A stretch of 63,820 nucleotides of DNA, filler included, from Cercozoa sp. M6MM (GCA_040357565.1; 10 parts of 10 records of this genome joined end to end with filler, not necessarily neighbours in it), one strand, 5' to 3'. Shown: positions 12,367 through 28,390, counted from the first letter of the whole stretch. A program made the numbers and translations. The notes: generated by a model not told the origin, from the sequence alone.

Positions 12367-12734
12367 TTTTTGGTTCGGATTCAGGGTTCGGTGACGAAAC
12401 GCGTCCGGTTTTGAGAGTTGGCTTAGAGAACACAGTAAAAAGAACTACAAGATGTGGTGGAGCGAGTGTTTGGAATGTTGCGCGAAGTTTCCGGGAAACT
12501 TGCGTGAACCTTCTGCGCGGGATTGCGGAAAATGATCGTGGCGTCCTGCCGCCGAAAGGCTGGTGGTCATCCCAGGGGTTGGGACTGGTTGTTGGAGTGG
12601 TTCATGACTTTGCGTCATTACAGATTATAGATAAACCATGATCGATCGCCATTCAGTTTTCGTTTCCAGTTTGATAAAAATCGTGCTGTGTACGATACGA
12701 TATAAGCCCATACAGCTCCGGCATTTCTGAAGGA

Positions 12735-14236
12735 TTAGGGCAGCGGGGAGGGCACCATGCGAACCACGAGGGTGACGCACGCGTGGCCGAACTTGTCGAC
12801 GTCGCTAGTGTCGCTGGCGTCGGCCGACACTCGGAACGACTGGTTCTCCGGGACCATGAGACTGCCGCCTGCGACAAGAAGCATCACACATGCAGTGTAG
12901 CTCGTACATAGGTGCCACAAAGTGTACCAGCACGCAGTGTAATAGTCTCGTCGTTCTGAGTTACCTGCGAGGTGCCAGCGAGCTGCCAGACCCTGCAGAA
13001 ACACAACAGGTCAAACGAGTCACAGGGCACGTGTCTGCGTACCAAGTCTGCGCAGGCACGGCGATAAAGTCACCGCTGGTACATACCCAGACCTCAGTCT
13101 GCTGGGCCGGATGATCCGGAAACACTTCGACCGGAAGTGACAAGTCGCGCTGCTGCTTTACAAAGTCGGCCAGCGCGAATGGTTCCGGCACACTGATCTA
13201 CGCGGGACAGCAGCACCGATATACAGCAAGGCCCAAAGACTACAGAAGCAGGGGGAGACTACCTCGCGGTTGTCCACGAAAGGTGCCTCAGCAGGCGGCA
13301 ACACGCGACCCTTCCTGTCAGGACACCAGGCTAGTCGAAAGGTACAGTAACTGCAAGGGAAGCAGCCTACGCATTCGGGTCGCTGGAGGCGCGATTCTCG
13401 GCGCACTGCGGCGACTGGAAAAAGTCCTGCACGATGAACTTTAGTTTCTCCAGGTCGTCCAGCTGGAACCACTCTTCGTAGATCGCGCCTTCTTCGTTGT
13501 ACCACCGCAGGCAGTCTTTCTGCGGGGGGGGGGGGGGGGGGGAGTAACAGGGGAGCAAACAGGGAGTAAAAAAGGAAGTAAAAGAGAGTGAACGGGGTAA
13601 ATAGGGAGGTAAACAGGGGGGTCAGCGGGGGGGGGGGGGAGGTAAACAGGAGGGAAAGCCGCACACCTCTCCCGGACGGCGCTGACGCTCGATCACGAGG
13701 CCACGCGACTGCTGCTGCGGCCGCTGCGGCGAGTGCGGAATCCGAGCCGGCAATAGGAACACCTGTAGTCCACATGAGCCATAGTTCGGTACAATAGGAC
13801 CACAGCACTGTACGGGACAAACACACTACCTCGCCCTCGCGAATGTGCACAGTGCGCAGTCCGTACTTGTCGCGGATCGGCAGCGACATGTCGCCACGCA
13901 CCATGAAGAAAAACTCTGGGGGAGGGGCGTAGGGGGTAAGGGGAGGGTAAACGGAGGTAAAAGGGGGAGGCAAATAAGGGTAAAGAAAGCACAGCACAAG
14001 TGCTACCGTCGCCGAGTTCGACGTGGAAGTCCTTGCGAGTGTTGGGACCGCCGACAAACATCACATTCAACTGGTCCGTGTGCATCTGTTCCACAGGGAG
14101 CACGTATTAATACAGAACACACACTCGCTGGGTTGGACGAAATCAGTCATGGTAGGCATACCAGCTTGTTACAGATGGGAGGCTCAAACATATCTCGATT
14201 GGCGGCAAGCCACTCCTCAACATCGATCACAGGCAT
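12735..14236 (-). CDS. HAAO: 3-hydroxyanthranilate 3,4-dioxygenase (bicupin form), 9 exons
   Basis: [61 protein letters not shown]...IREGEVFLLPARIPHSPQR...GLVIERQR...DCLRWY. Second cupin contains WVWQLAGTS. Confidence 0.95.
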
Positions 14237-14472
14237 TCTTGTTTTTTGCTTTGCTTGGGCGATTCTTCACTATGAAAGGCTCTATCTGTCAGATCAAGTG
14301 CTTTGCTCACGGGACACAGCCTGAGGAAGCCAAATTGTCAAATGCATGTTCAGAATTTCGGAGCGCCGGGCACTAGCATCATCATCAAGATGTCCCAATT
14401 TCTCGCTGTGTGTGCTGACATAGGGCATATAGGCTGACTTTTTGTCTGCGAAAGTGTCTGCTCACACGTCAG

Positions 14473-15343
14473 ATGTCTTTCGATTCCCGTAAAGCGGAGG
14501 TACGCACACTTTCAAATTTAAATATCAGAACTGATGCTACCTTTCATGCAGACTGTCGCCGCACTTGCCTTACCGAGCGAGGAGTACGGTATACACCTCT
14601 CGTACTGTCGAGATACAGGGATTTTTACACATACATCACAATGCACAGAAGACAAGTCGCCGAAGGGCAGCGTCGATGTCCCCGGTATGTGGACATGCAT
14701 TGTCTATATCCCCAACGTATTGCAGTTGAATTGCCACCTTAGTGATTCCTCTGCTGCGACTGATCAACTCGCACGCCGATCTGTTTTCGACCTCGTCATG
14801 CTCGGGTCGAATCACTCTTCTGGCTCGTGATAGGTACTGCCGTCGTATCCTCCTGAGATACCATGCCACCACGCAGGTTACTTTGGAATATGTAGCACGG
14901 TGCACAAGGGCGGTGAGTGGCTGCTGTCCACACACGACGAAGCGAATGTCGACGAGGCGGTTCGTGTGCTCGATGGTGGGTTAAACTCTTTTGTATCCTT
15001 TCATAACGATTGTGGGCATGGGGGCTGTAGAGTACGTCAAATCGAACCCATCCGAGAAAATGGAGGTAGTCCGCCTGTGTAACAAATTAGTGGTATGCTT
15101 CATGTATTTTTGCTCGATAGGTGTCGCTGAGATTCGAGCCGTTCCTGCTCTCGGTGGAGACACGAACGATCGAGGCGGCGGCCGCCTTTCTGCGCGTGGC
15201 CGTGGAGGCCGGCTGCCGCGACAGCGGAATCATGAACGTCACACGACGCTTTATGGTGTCCGTGCGGTGTTCACTGCGAATGGAAGTGCCTCTCTTCTTC
15301 GACGGTCGTCTGCAGGTGCCGCTTGACTCTGTCAGAGCCCTGG
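14473..15343 (+). CDS. TYW3: tRNA wybutosine-synthesizing protein 3 (methyltransferase), 3' truncated
   Basis: MSFDSRKAE...DKSPKGSVDVP...INSHADLFSTSSCSGRI...GGEWLLSTH...LRFEPFLLSV...AVEAGCRDSGI...VSVRCSLRMEVPL. Confidence 0.93.
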
Positions 15344-15355
15344 GTAGTGTTGCCA

Positions 15356-15402
<47 letters not shown>

Positions 15403-15502
15403 NNNNNNNNNNNNNNNNNNNNNNNNNNNNNNNNNNNNNNNNNNNNTTAATTAATTAANNNNNNNNNNNNNNNNNNNNNNNNNNNNNNNNNNNNNNNNNN
15501 NN

Positions 15503-15551
<49 letters not shown>

Positions 15552-15559
15552 ATACTCAG

Positions 15560-16242
15560 TAAATTCACCTTGCAGCATGACTTGACTCGCCTGTCGCGCG
15601 ACATCATGCGGTCGCTCCAGACTTGGCAGGGCGCACGTGCCTCGGACGTCGCTCTCGATGTCATCATCGACGATGGTGGTCACCAGAACTACCAGATCAA
15701 GAATAGTCTCATGGGCCTTGGCATGTAAGGCCTCTCTTTCCTTTTGTGTCACTTTATGCCCTCAACTTGTGGTTCTGGTGACTTAGGCAACTGCCCTGGC
15801 GTCTGTACTTTGTGGAGGACTTGTACCGCACTGCCTACTGACATGTATACTGTGGGTATTGACTGATACACTTTCTTGTAGTGGCGAGTCGCACGTGTCC
15901 GACTACTACGATGCCACAGAGTCGCACTCCAAGCGCTACTGTACTGAAACTGCTTGAGCTGTGCTTTCAGCATGTTTTCATTGTTCTAAATGTACTGTAG
16001 CCGGCACGGCCTATGACTTCTTCGCCGACTCGCCTTGGTATTTTCACTTTGACAAAAGGCGGATTGTTGTGTACGACTTGAATGACTGGTGTGTACACGA
16101 TCAGGTGGCTCGCCAACGGCCGAGTTGCCGGCATCGAATGTAACTCTTCTCCTGTCCTTGTGCACAAAAACTGAACTCAAGCTATTCTGCTGTTCCTCCA
16201 GGTGTGCCCAACCACTGTGTCATTGCGTCCGCCAGTCGCTAG
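15560..16242 (+). CDS. Class I SAM-dependent methyltransferase-like protein, 3' part
   Basis: LDVIIDDGGHQNYQIKNSL...LYFVEDL motif pair. Ends AGIE|CVPNHCVIASASR*. Confidence 0.65.
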
Positions 16243-16339
16243 GATACCAGAGCTAACCAGACGCAATACTAAGCTACTGTAGTCTAAAAAACTGTACAGC
16301 TGTACGTGTAGAAACGGATTTTCGTTTTTTCTAATTTTT

Positions 16340-17311
16340 GGGTGGAGTGGCTATTCTTGGCGAGAACGTCCGCAGAACTGAACCCCCCGCGGCCAAAAAA
16401 AGCCAAACTGACCGAGAACAAGCCCTGTGTCATTGGTAACGCAGAGTCGGCGCTGTGTTCGACAAAACTCTGGTCTGCTGACTCGTAATTAAGTCTAACC
16501 TTATGCATGTACGAACTGACTGGAACAGGCTAGGACACTGCGATCCGGATGCATCACAATGCGTGCCCCAGATCAAGGTGCTCAACGAAGCAGACAAGAC
16601 GATTTTTCGCCACCCAGCTCCCAGTGCTGACATCAATCTGGGCACGGCATGTTTCTTGTCAGATCCCGAGGGTTGTGAGACATCAGACCTTGACTGTGCT
16701 TCCACGTGCACCGCCGATGTAGCCACACCAGTTTCAACTGCACTAGACCGGTACGCTGTGCATGTCACTACCTTAAACAACAACGTTCCACGCGAAGTGA
16801 ATCCGCTCGGCTTGCACGGCGACGTTGGCATCTGTGTCGCCTCGGCGAGTGCACTCAAGTCGGCGACGCAAGCGTGCCTGTGCTCCGAAGAGTGTCAATC
16901 GCGTAATTTTACAGCTACTAATAATTATATGGGATGCCAACTGTACTTTGATTGAACTAGCCCTGCAATGCGTGGTGTTCGCCGACGGATCACTCGCACC
17001 AAACCGTCTCATCACAAATGTAGACGTGTTGGATGACTTGTCCTCTTACCATGGCCAGGAGGAGAGTGCAAACTAGGACTAGGCATGAGTGGCTGCATTG
17101 TTTCCACCGATTGCAGTGGAAACACTGCCACATGCAATACCGGTTTCTGCCAGGCACCCGATGGCACGCGATGCACCGCCAACGAACAGTGCCTTTCCAT
17201 GTAAGATGTTCCAATATTCGACAGCAGATGTACGGTAAATGTCGTGTGTGTCCTTGCCTGAACAGGAACTGTGTCGACGACGGGTTGGGCACGTTGCGCT
17301 GTGAGCCTTGA
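16340..17311 (+). CDS. Cysteine-rich extracellular-type protein; no start codon found (possibly truncated or a pseudogene)
   Basis: GT-AG-joinable exons with many Cys, for example GCIVSTDCSGNTATCNTGFCQAPDGTRCTANEQCLS|MNCVDDGLGTLRCEP*. Confidence 0.4.
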
Positions 17312-17786
17312 GCACTGCCTGCCTGCTCACTCCTTCCAGACGAGCAACGAGCACGCGACGTGTACGCACTCTACGTTTAAAGTGCAGGTGAGGGTCACGG
17401 TGGAACTTGACTGAACTTTGCGTTATCTTAACGTTCACGGTTCGTACAGGACAGTACAGTAGGCTATGCACTCCAGTCATATACTGTAAATACGATACAC
17501 CGACGACATTACTAGTAGTATGCTTGCGAGTGATCACGTCGACGGCGATATAAATAATCTCATACAATAATAGATATCAATACGAATAGAATATTAACGT
17601 AATCGACGCGAACGGAATCGTCCATACCGATACGATAAAGGTAACTAGTAAGTAGGTACTGTCGTGTACTAAAGTACTGTAAGTGGTTGAGCCTCAGCGC
17701 TACGCTAACCTACGCTGCACGTGCACACGTGCAAGGCAGAGGATCAATCGAATCAGATGTGACGCGATCACGACGCGACGTTTAAT

Positions 17787-20700
17787 TTAACTTCTAGTCT
17801 GCTGCTGCACTGATGAGTACGAGCTGTCATCGTCATGCATCACGTGATCGCCAAGCTCATCCTGCGATAAAACAAGGAGAGATGCACGTGCAGACGAAGC
17901 AGCGAGAAGGAAACTATGGGATACCTCAAACAGTTGCTGTTGTTGCTGCTGGTAGTCGGTGACAGCTTTCGCCTCGAGCGTGTAGTTGTGGTACTCGCGC
18001 TGACAGAAGCGGTCAAAATCAGTCAGTCCGGGAGTCAGGCGTGGCTCTTCAATAACCTGCACAGACAGTTTTAAATTCAACAAAGACGCAAAAAAAAACC
18101 CAGTTGGTCGTACCGATGGGTCTCTTGATTCGAAGGCCAAGAATTGTCGCAAGTCAAACAATGTGTTGAAGAAAATGTGCTGCAGTCCTCTAAGGAGTTA
18201 AAAAAAATGACAAGCACAAACCAAATTCATATGAGATTTGGTACGATCGCCTCAAGTCGGTCTTTGTGAAAACGCCGGTTTTCTTTGGTTTCACCAAGTC
18301 GTTCAACTGGCAGACCACGTCGTTCAGTGTGACAGTGTCGTCGCTGAGTGCTTGGATGCGCGGGATCTGTTGCTCCAAAAAGTACCCCAGTTCAAACACC
18401 TGCTCAAACACAGTGTTTGCATCCAGTCTTTTGCAACACAACAGAGAAAGTGAGTCTACGGTCAAGACGCCATCAGAGTCAATGTCGAGCACGCTGAACC
18501 AGTAGTCCAAAGCCGCATCCTGTCGAACAAACTCATGTGTGCATGGAGCGCAAGCAAATTCTGTCAAACAAGTGTACCGATCGTTTGTCTTCGACAGCAC
18601 ACAAGAAGGCAACGAAGTCGCCAAATGCGAAGCGATCCGATTGCAACGGCATTCCGTCTAAACAAAAGGCCAAATATGCGCGGCAAGAAGCAAGAACAAA
18701 TGATGGCGCGCACGTACAGCCAGCATGGATGCGCTCCACCACGCGAGGAATGAGCGTGTCCTCCCCGTAAGCTGCCAGTTGACTGTAGAACACGCATATA
18801 GCAACAACAAGAAACCGAAAACAATACAAAAAAACTTACGCCATCGACAAGCAGAACTCATCCGGTTCGACCGGTTCGTCACTTTCGTCCTGCGAAAGAA
18901 AAAGAATAAACGTCACGGTGATTGCGGTTGAGTAAAATCACAGTTCGAATGACGCGCAATGGCAGTTCTGAAAACTCGTATTCGACTGCACTGTCAAACT
19001 TGAGTGCCTCGAGTTCCCTAAAACACACCAGAGAATAGCCACGTGAAGCAAAGTGTTTTGTTTTGCTTTTTCGTACCAAAACTTGCAGTAGGCGACATAA
19101 AAGTGTTCATAGCTGAAAAAATCGCGTGCATCGTTGACGCAGTCGTAGGACGGCAGAAGCGAGAGCACCACGGGAAGCTTTGATCTCACGAAAGCTCGGC
19201 GGGTGAGTCGCGGGTGCACGTAAAACACGCGAGCAACCACAGCCTCAACATAGCGCTGCTCGAAAGCTGGTGAGCTGCGCAGGAACGCTAGTCCTGGGTG
19301 CAGTTTCAGCACTTGTTCCACGACCATTCGAATGTCGGTACGGGTCAACTCGCGACGACTGACGTTTCTCCTCATCACATTAAACTACAGAAAATACTGT
19401 GATTTCACAGAAACATATAAATCGGCTAAAGTAAAGCGTACCATGCGGTGTTCTGACATGCGTGCACGCACTTCAGTATTCCAAAAGTGCACAAACTGTC
19501 GCTCTGTCACCAAGTCGCGTCCTTCTGCGCACACCCTCAATTACAAGACGCAGACAAGACAACTGACCCAGAAGTACCAGGTGACTCGTAGAAACGCATA
19601 CGCCGACGCAAGGAAGCGGCCAGAAAAGGCGAAACGCCACAGACCACGTCACAAAGATCAATCCAGTGCTCCAAAGCATGCCTGTCGGGTGCATCTCGAT
19701 AGACGTCATCCTCCTGCTGTGTCTGTTGCTGTGCGTGTTGTGTAGTGTGTGTTCCATTTTCTGGAGAAAGTTGTCGCTCAAGATCAGGTAGTGTAGCCAG
19801 CGTGGCACGCGAGGAAGCAAAGCCATTGGCACGCGTGAACACGAAACGAATCAAGCGGCGCAAGTTCTGCGACGTGAGCTGCGAGGTTGGCGTTTCTTCC
19901 TCGTCCAAATCAACGTTGAACTCGGCCAGAATGGCACCGCCATCAGAAACGCCACTTGGTGGAGTGAATGGCGTGGATTCGCCGCGTCGTTTGCGACTCT
20001 TCTGTCCATGGGCAAAGTAGAAGCGCGGAATGGCGCTCTCTGTCTCTGCTTGTGTCTCGGGAGCGTTCTCGTCACTGTTGTCACTGTTGGCGTAGCGTTC
20101 GAGTTCCTTGTCAAAACTATCGCCGTCGCTGTGTTCATCATGATACTGTGCATTGACATTGTCGCTGTCGGAGAATGCAACCGACACAGAATCGCCAGCT
20201 TCATTTGCCACGAACGACAGCTGCTGCATCGATGCGATCGACACGTCCAGTGCATCTTCGATCACACTGGTGTCGCAACTCGCCACAGGTGTCTCTCTGT
20301 TGGCCACGCGACACAGGCGCGGCGACTGCACTGGCGATGTCGGCAACAGCAGCGATGTGTTAGTCTATATACAAGAGAATACAAGAGGCCAGTTCGTAAG
20401 TTGCACAGACAGAGAAGATGGTTACCGTAGTAACAACGCTCACGGAAAGAAGTGTCGAACGAGGCGGTGAAGGTGGTGTGTCCGCTTTCGGTGACTTTGG
20501 CGACAAGAGTCGTTTCTGTCGCGACTTTTGCGGCGACTGCGGCGGTGGTGACAGTGCCGGGAACAACACACGCCGTGCATCGCCGATACTTCCTGTGGTT
20601 GTACACACCAAGCGTTGTACAGAGCTTGCACAGATGCACCATACGGCAGCACTGTACCTGCAGAGGAAGAGTTGCGAGTATCGCGCAGTGGTGAACGCTC

Positions 20701-20863
20701 CACAGAGATCGTTGTGAACTCACGCGGCGACCCGACGTGATCGACGCCTGCAGTTTCTCCGAGTATCGCATAATTATTTTTCGTGCTGTGTAGCGCAAAA
20801 GGTACCCGAGCGCGTACGTTTAAGCGGCGAACAGTACTCACCCAGCGAGTCATTTAAGTCCAT
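17787..20863 (-). CDS. Protein phosphatase 2A regulatory subunit B'' (PPP2R3-like, EF-hand)
   Basis: IPRFYF, HPGLAFL..SPAFEQRYVEAVVARVFY, FFSYEHFYVAYCKFWEL, ALDYWFSVLDIDSDGVLT, DVVCQLNDLVKP, FFNTLFDLRQFLAFESRDP, LTDFDRFCQREY. Confidence 0.92.
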
Positions 20864-21521
20864 GGCGTTCTCTTTGTCAGCTTGCGGATCTGTAGGGAAA
20901 GAAGTCTTCTTTAAAACAACGTCCACAAAACAACGAAAAACATGGAGTTTCACATCTGATCAATTTTGGCACATGCACGCATCTGCGTCGAACTCAGGAA
21001 CGTACCGGCTGGGTGGTCCGACCACATAGACAGCACCTTGGTGTGATTGCTGTGCTAGAGAATGCAGCCCACACTCACTGCCAACGAAACTCCTGCCCGC
21101 GCTGTGATCGAATCTGCCAAAATCAGGTCCCAATTCCCTGATCGTTGTTTCAGACCTACTAAACAGCCTGCTGTAAACCTCGCACACGCTGGGATACGCC
21201 AAATTACGCTTCGGCCCTGACAACGGTTCTGTGTGGCCGTTTTTTCGCCACCCAGAGAAGATTATCTTTGATCATGAGAGCACTAAAACTGTATCTGAGA
21301 ACCTGGACGGGTGCCATCGCTTCCAACTACTGTAGCAGCGATTGCCCGAAGCCCCAGAAACCGCAGGACCAACTCATCATCATTTTTGGGGGTGGACAGT
21401 GCCGGATCTTCAAGTCAAAACAGAGCAAACGAGGCGCTTATTGGACGATCCGCGCGAGTGTGTGAGGGCTCCAGTCAATTCGCGTGCACCTTGCCACAGA
21501 ATCCCTTCAATACTTTGCGCG

Positions 21522-22925
21522 ATGGTGGCAAAAGATGAGCGAATTTTATCGCCGATTGGCGAGCGTGCTGGTGAGCATTTCCACCCTGCAGAAAGTGTTT
21601 CGATTGTTTTCGCATGTGTTCCTTCCTTGAATGTACAGTTTCGTCGGCATTGGGCGTGTTTCTGACGTCGCTGATCGTTCAACCGTTGGAGGTGGCGAAG
21701 ACGCGTCTGCAGGCCCAAAAGGGTCGGTGCGCACCGCCTGCCGAGTGCAATGAATGTGTGCCGCGGAGGCCTCAGCGACCGGTAATCTTTTAATCGCTTA
21801 TCTTGCGTGTTTTTATGTGAATTGGACAACACTGAATATACGAGTGGATATCCATGTGCTTTTCAGACGACTCAGTTGCTGTTGTGCCGCGACCACAGAC
21901 TGCGAGGCACACGTGACACTTTGCGCATGGTGATGCGACACCAAGGCGCTCGCGGACTGTACGCTGGCTTGCAGCCGACACTGGCCATGATTGTGCCGTC
22001 AACGATGATTTATCTCACTTGCTACGACGAACTCATGCACCTCGCTCCTGAGTCAATCGAGTCGATCGCTCCAATGATTTGCGGCGCGTCGGCCAGGAGT
22101 TTCACCGCGACGCTTGTTGCACCTCTCGAACTGGTCCGAACACAGTTACAAAGCGGCATGCACGGTATTGCTCAAAATACATCGATGTTTTAGATTTTTA
22201 TTTCTTCTGCGTGGAAGTCAGGTGATTTTGTTTGTTTTGACCAGGTGAAGGAAAAGGAGTTCGATCAGCAGTGCGAAAAATCGTTCGAAACGACGGTTAC
22301 AGGGGGCTTTGGCGAGGTTTGGTGTGTTGCACTTGGCAACTGACTTTGCTTTTGCACTTTCGCTTTTTGTTGCACCAGGGTGCGACCTTGTGGCGAGATG
22401 TGCCGTTTTCTGCCTTGTACTGGATGTTCGTCGAACGCACACGCCGAACCTTGCGCCAGTGCAACGACGCAATGCGAGAGTCCACACTTGTGTAATTTGG
22501 GATGCTGATATTTCTGTTTTGGTTTACTTGGCACATGGGCGTGTTCGCAGGCCAAACTTCGTGGCAGGTTTTGTTGGCGGTGTTGGTGCTGCTGTCTGCA
22601 CGCATCCGTTCGATGTGGTGAAAACACGCGTCCAAACCGGCGAGAAGTAAGATGTTTGAGTATTTCCTGTTTTTGGCGACCATTGTGTCCGTGGGCAGGA
22701 GTGGCAACCCAATGCGTGCCGTGTGTGACTTGATTCAACGACGCGGTGTGAAGTCGGCCTACGTGGGCCTCTGGCCTCGCTTGCTGCGCATCGGACCTGC
22801 GTGTGCTGTCATGGTGCTCCCCTTCTCCCTGTATCTCCCATTCTACCACATTCTCTTGGGACTGCTTTGTTTAGGTTGCAAGCTACGAGCTCGGCAAGAA
22901 GTTTCTGCGACACGGCACGTTGTAG
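21522..22925 (+). CDS. Mitochondrial carrier, SLC25A39/40 (Mtm1)-like
   Basis: SLIVQPLEVAKTRLQAQ, GLYAGLQPTLAMIVPSTMIYLTCYDEL, APLELVRTQLQ, GLWRGLGATLWRDVPFSALYW, THPFDVVKTRVQ, PRLLRIGPACAVMVASYELGK. Confidence 0.9.
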
Positions 22926-23815
22926 ACACAGACTGAACGTCGGTGAGGCGAAAGACAAACGCAAAGGCGGTTTCGTCCGTTTGTTTTTGACCTCCCTGTC
23001 CATTTCGTTCGCGACCGTGCCGCGGCCAGTTTACGTTAATCGAATTGCGTATCGACTGCGGCGCAATACGATACTGTGCTTACATTAATGCACGCAAGGC
23101 GGTGCGGGCAGGTGCGGAAGTACCAACCTCAATCTGCGCTGGCTCAAAGAAGAGATCCTGGACAACTTCTAAAGGGGAGTTGTGGATATACCCCAGGAGG
23201 CCAGAACTGGTCCAGGGGAATGACATAGTTTCTTCGTCTACTGCGAACCCTCGACTGCGAAGCATCAACCACTTGCTATACCTGTACCTGCACAGTCCCT
23301 GATCCTGTACAGCAATCAAGTCTAAGTCGTGAGCACTGGAGTTACAGTCGTATCGTAAACAGACGAGATAACTTCAGTCCGAAAGTCAGGAGACGTAGAC
23401 AATGAGTTGGGAGTAGGCTGTCGCCGGCACATTCAAGTTCACTCAATTTGGCCCGTGGCATTAAACACCTTATATCACTGGAGGTGCCGATGTCGTAAAG
23501 ACCTTTCGCGAAAACAAGCCTGTTCAGTCAGCACGGTATTTGAAGAATCAACTCAATCAACTGACCAGACTTTTCCGCGCGGAAGCTTTGAAGGTCAAGG
23601 TGGTTTGCAAGCTCTCCCAGACTCTTTTGCTTTGTGGACTTTTTGGCCTGTGATTGACTTCTTGTGTCTGGAGGTCTCATCTACGGTCCTAAACGTCTGA
23701 TTCGAGGTATTTTGTGGCATTTGAGCTTCATCTGCTGCCAGAAAGGCCTTTTGTTGGAGATGCAGAGAAGTTGTTTGTAAGTTAGAACGACTTACTCAAA
23801 ACCTGAAAGCCTGAG

Positions 23816-25674
<1,859 letters not shown>

Positions 25675-26187
25675 ATGCCAATGATCGGGATATCAGAGCA
25701 GTACCAGGTTGAGAGGCTCAAACGCTTTGAAGTGATGGAATCCGAACACTCATCTTATCACTCAGCCTCAGTCTGCGGTGTAGACCTCATTGATTTTCTA
25801 ATACCCTCACGCGTCGGAAACTGTAAGCAGCAACACGGCGTTGTCATTGCTTAACCTGAAACTCGCCATTCCTTTACGCCTGGCCATGCAATGATAACAT
25901 CGTAGCCATGGTTGTGGCGACTCCTTGAGGGTCCGCCGAAAATACTGTACAGCTAAATGCAGTGAAGTTGGCCGATCAAAAATAGTCCTATGTACAGGGC
26001 AGTAGACGAGATTCTGTCTGTACAAATTGATTAGAGCAATTTTTGCACAAGCCTGACCTGAAGCGATTGGGGGTTCAGGTGCTCTAGATCTCAGAATTTC
26101 CAGGAGCCGGGCATTGAGTCGGAATTGAGTCGATGCAGAGCACAACAACTGGCCAAGGTCTTAGTCCTAACGTGAAGCTGTCTATAG

Positions 26188-26988
26188 ATGTGTAACTACA
26201 TGGGCAAGGGACCTGGACGGCCTAGCAATCGCGATCGTGGGAGGCGTGAAACCCTCAAGAAGGCCAGGTCCGTGAAGGTGGCTCTCGCCGGACACGGGGC
26301 TGCTTTAGCCGATTCTATGCCCGCGGAGCCGCCCAAACCAAAGAAGAAAGTGGTTAACTCTGCTAGAAAGCGAACCAGGTCGGCACGCGCCCTTAGTGCG
26401 GACCGTTGCGCCGTTGAAATGGCGGACCTGGACGAGCCGCCACCTGCACGGCAAGGGCGCACGCAGCGCTCCATCTCTCGCGCGGTACTACACTCCATTT
26501 CGTCCTGTTTGTTTGTCTGTAAGTACTGCGCACTTGCACAGAAGGCACTGGAGTGTGCCAAGCACCTGTGGCGCACATTGCTGCCGACTCTAGCGATCGA
26601 ACAGGCGCGCATGGTTGTACTTGCCCTCGTCTTCACTCTCTACTTTGTCGCTCTTTCGCTCAAACGCTCTGTTGGCATGATTGTGGTTCCGACCAATGAT
26701 GAGGAGAGTGATACTGAGAGTGATGACTCTGATGAGGGTGACGGTGATTGTGACTTGGCACCGGGTGCGCTGCTGTCGGGCATGCGTGACCGACCAGTCA
26801 CGCAAACCAACGCGGTCGTGACCTCCTTGGTTGGCAACTTAGCACCGACTTCGGTTCGGACTTGTCGGAGACTGGTGTCCTGGTACCTAGCAGACCCAGT
26901 TAACGTAGTTCAGGTGGACAAGCGGGGCCCGTTCCGGTGGCCGCTGTTGAACGAAATTCTTGCGCGAAAAATGAAAACTTGTACACTC

Positions 26989-26990
<2 letters not shown>
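26188..26990 (+). CDS. Unknown basic protein, possibly a transposase-like N-terminus, 3' truncated
   Basis: Uninterrupted ORF of ~265 codons with NLS-like PKPKKK/RKRTR, an acidic patch and SVRTCRRLVSWYL...VDKRG. Runs into (TG)n at the contig end. Confidence 0.4.
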
Positions 26991-27036
<46 letters not shown>

Positions 27037-27136
27037 NNNNNNNNNNNNNNNNNNNNNNNNNNNNNNNNNNNNNNNNNNNNTTAATTAATTAANNNNNNNN
27101 NNNNNNNNNNNNNNNNNNNNNNNNNNNNNNNNNNNN

Positions 27137-27187
<51 letters not shown>

Positions 27188-27197
27188 NNNNNNNNNN

Positions 27198-27245
<48 letters not shown>

Positions 27246-27261
27246 CTGAAGGTGAAACGTA

Positions 27262-28390
<1,129 letters not shown>

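Noticed and set aside
21253-21264. CAGAGAAGATTA resembling the U6 snRNA ACAGAGA box
   Set aside because: It lacks the preceding A, the AGC triad and the ISL sequence (GCATGGCCCCTG...), so it is a chance match.
23045-23700. Possible small gene between the carrier and tubulin
   Set aside because: I could not build a consistent spliced ORF or find a recognisable motif.
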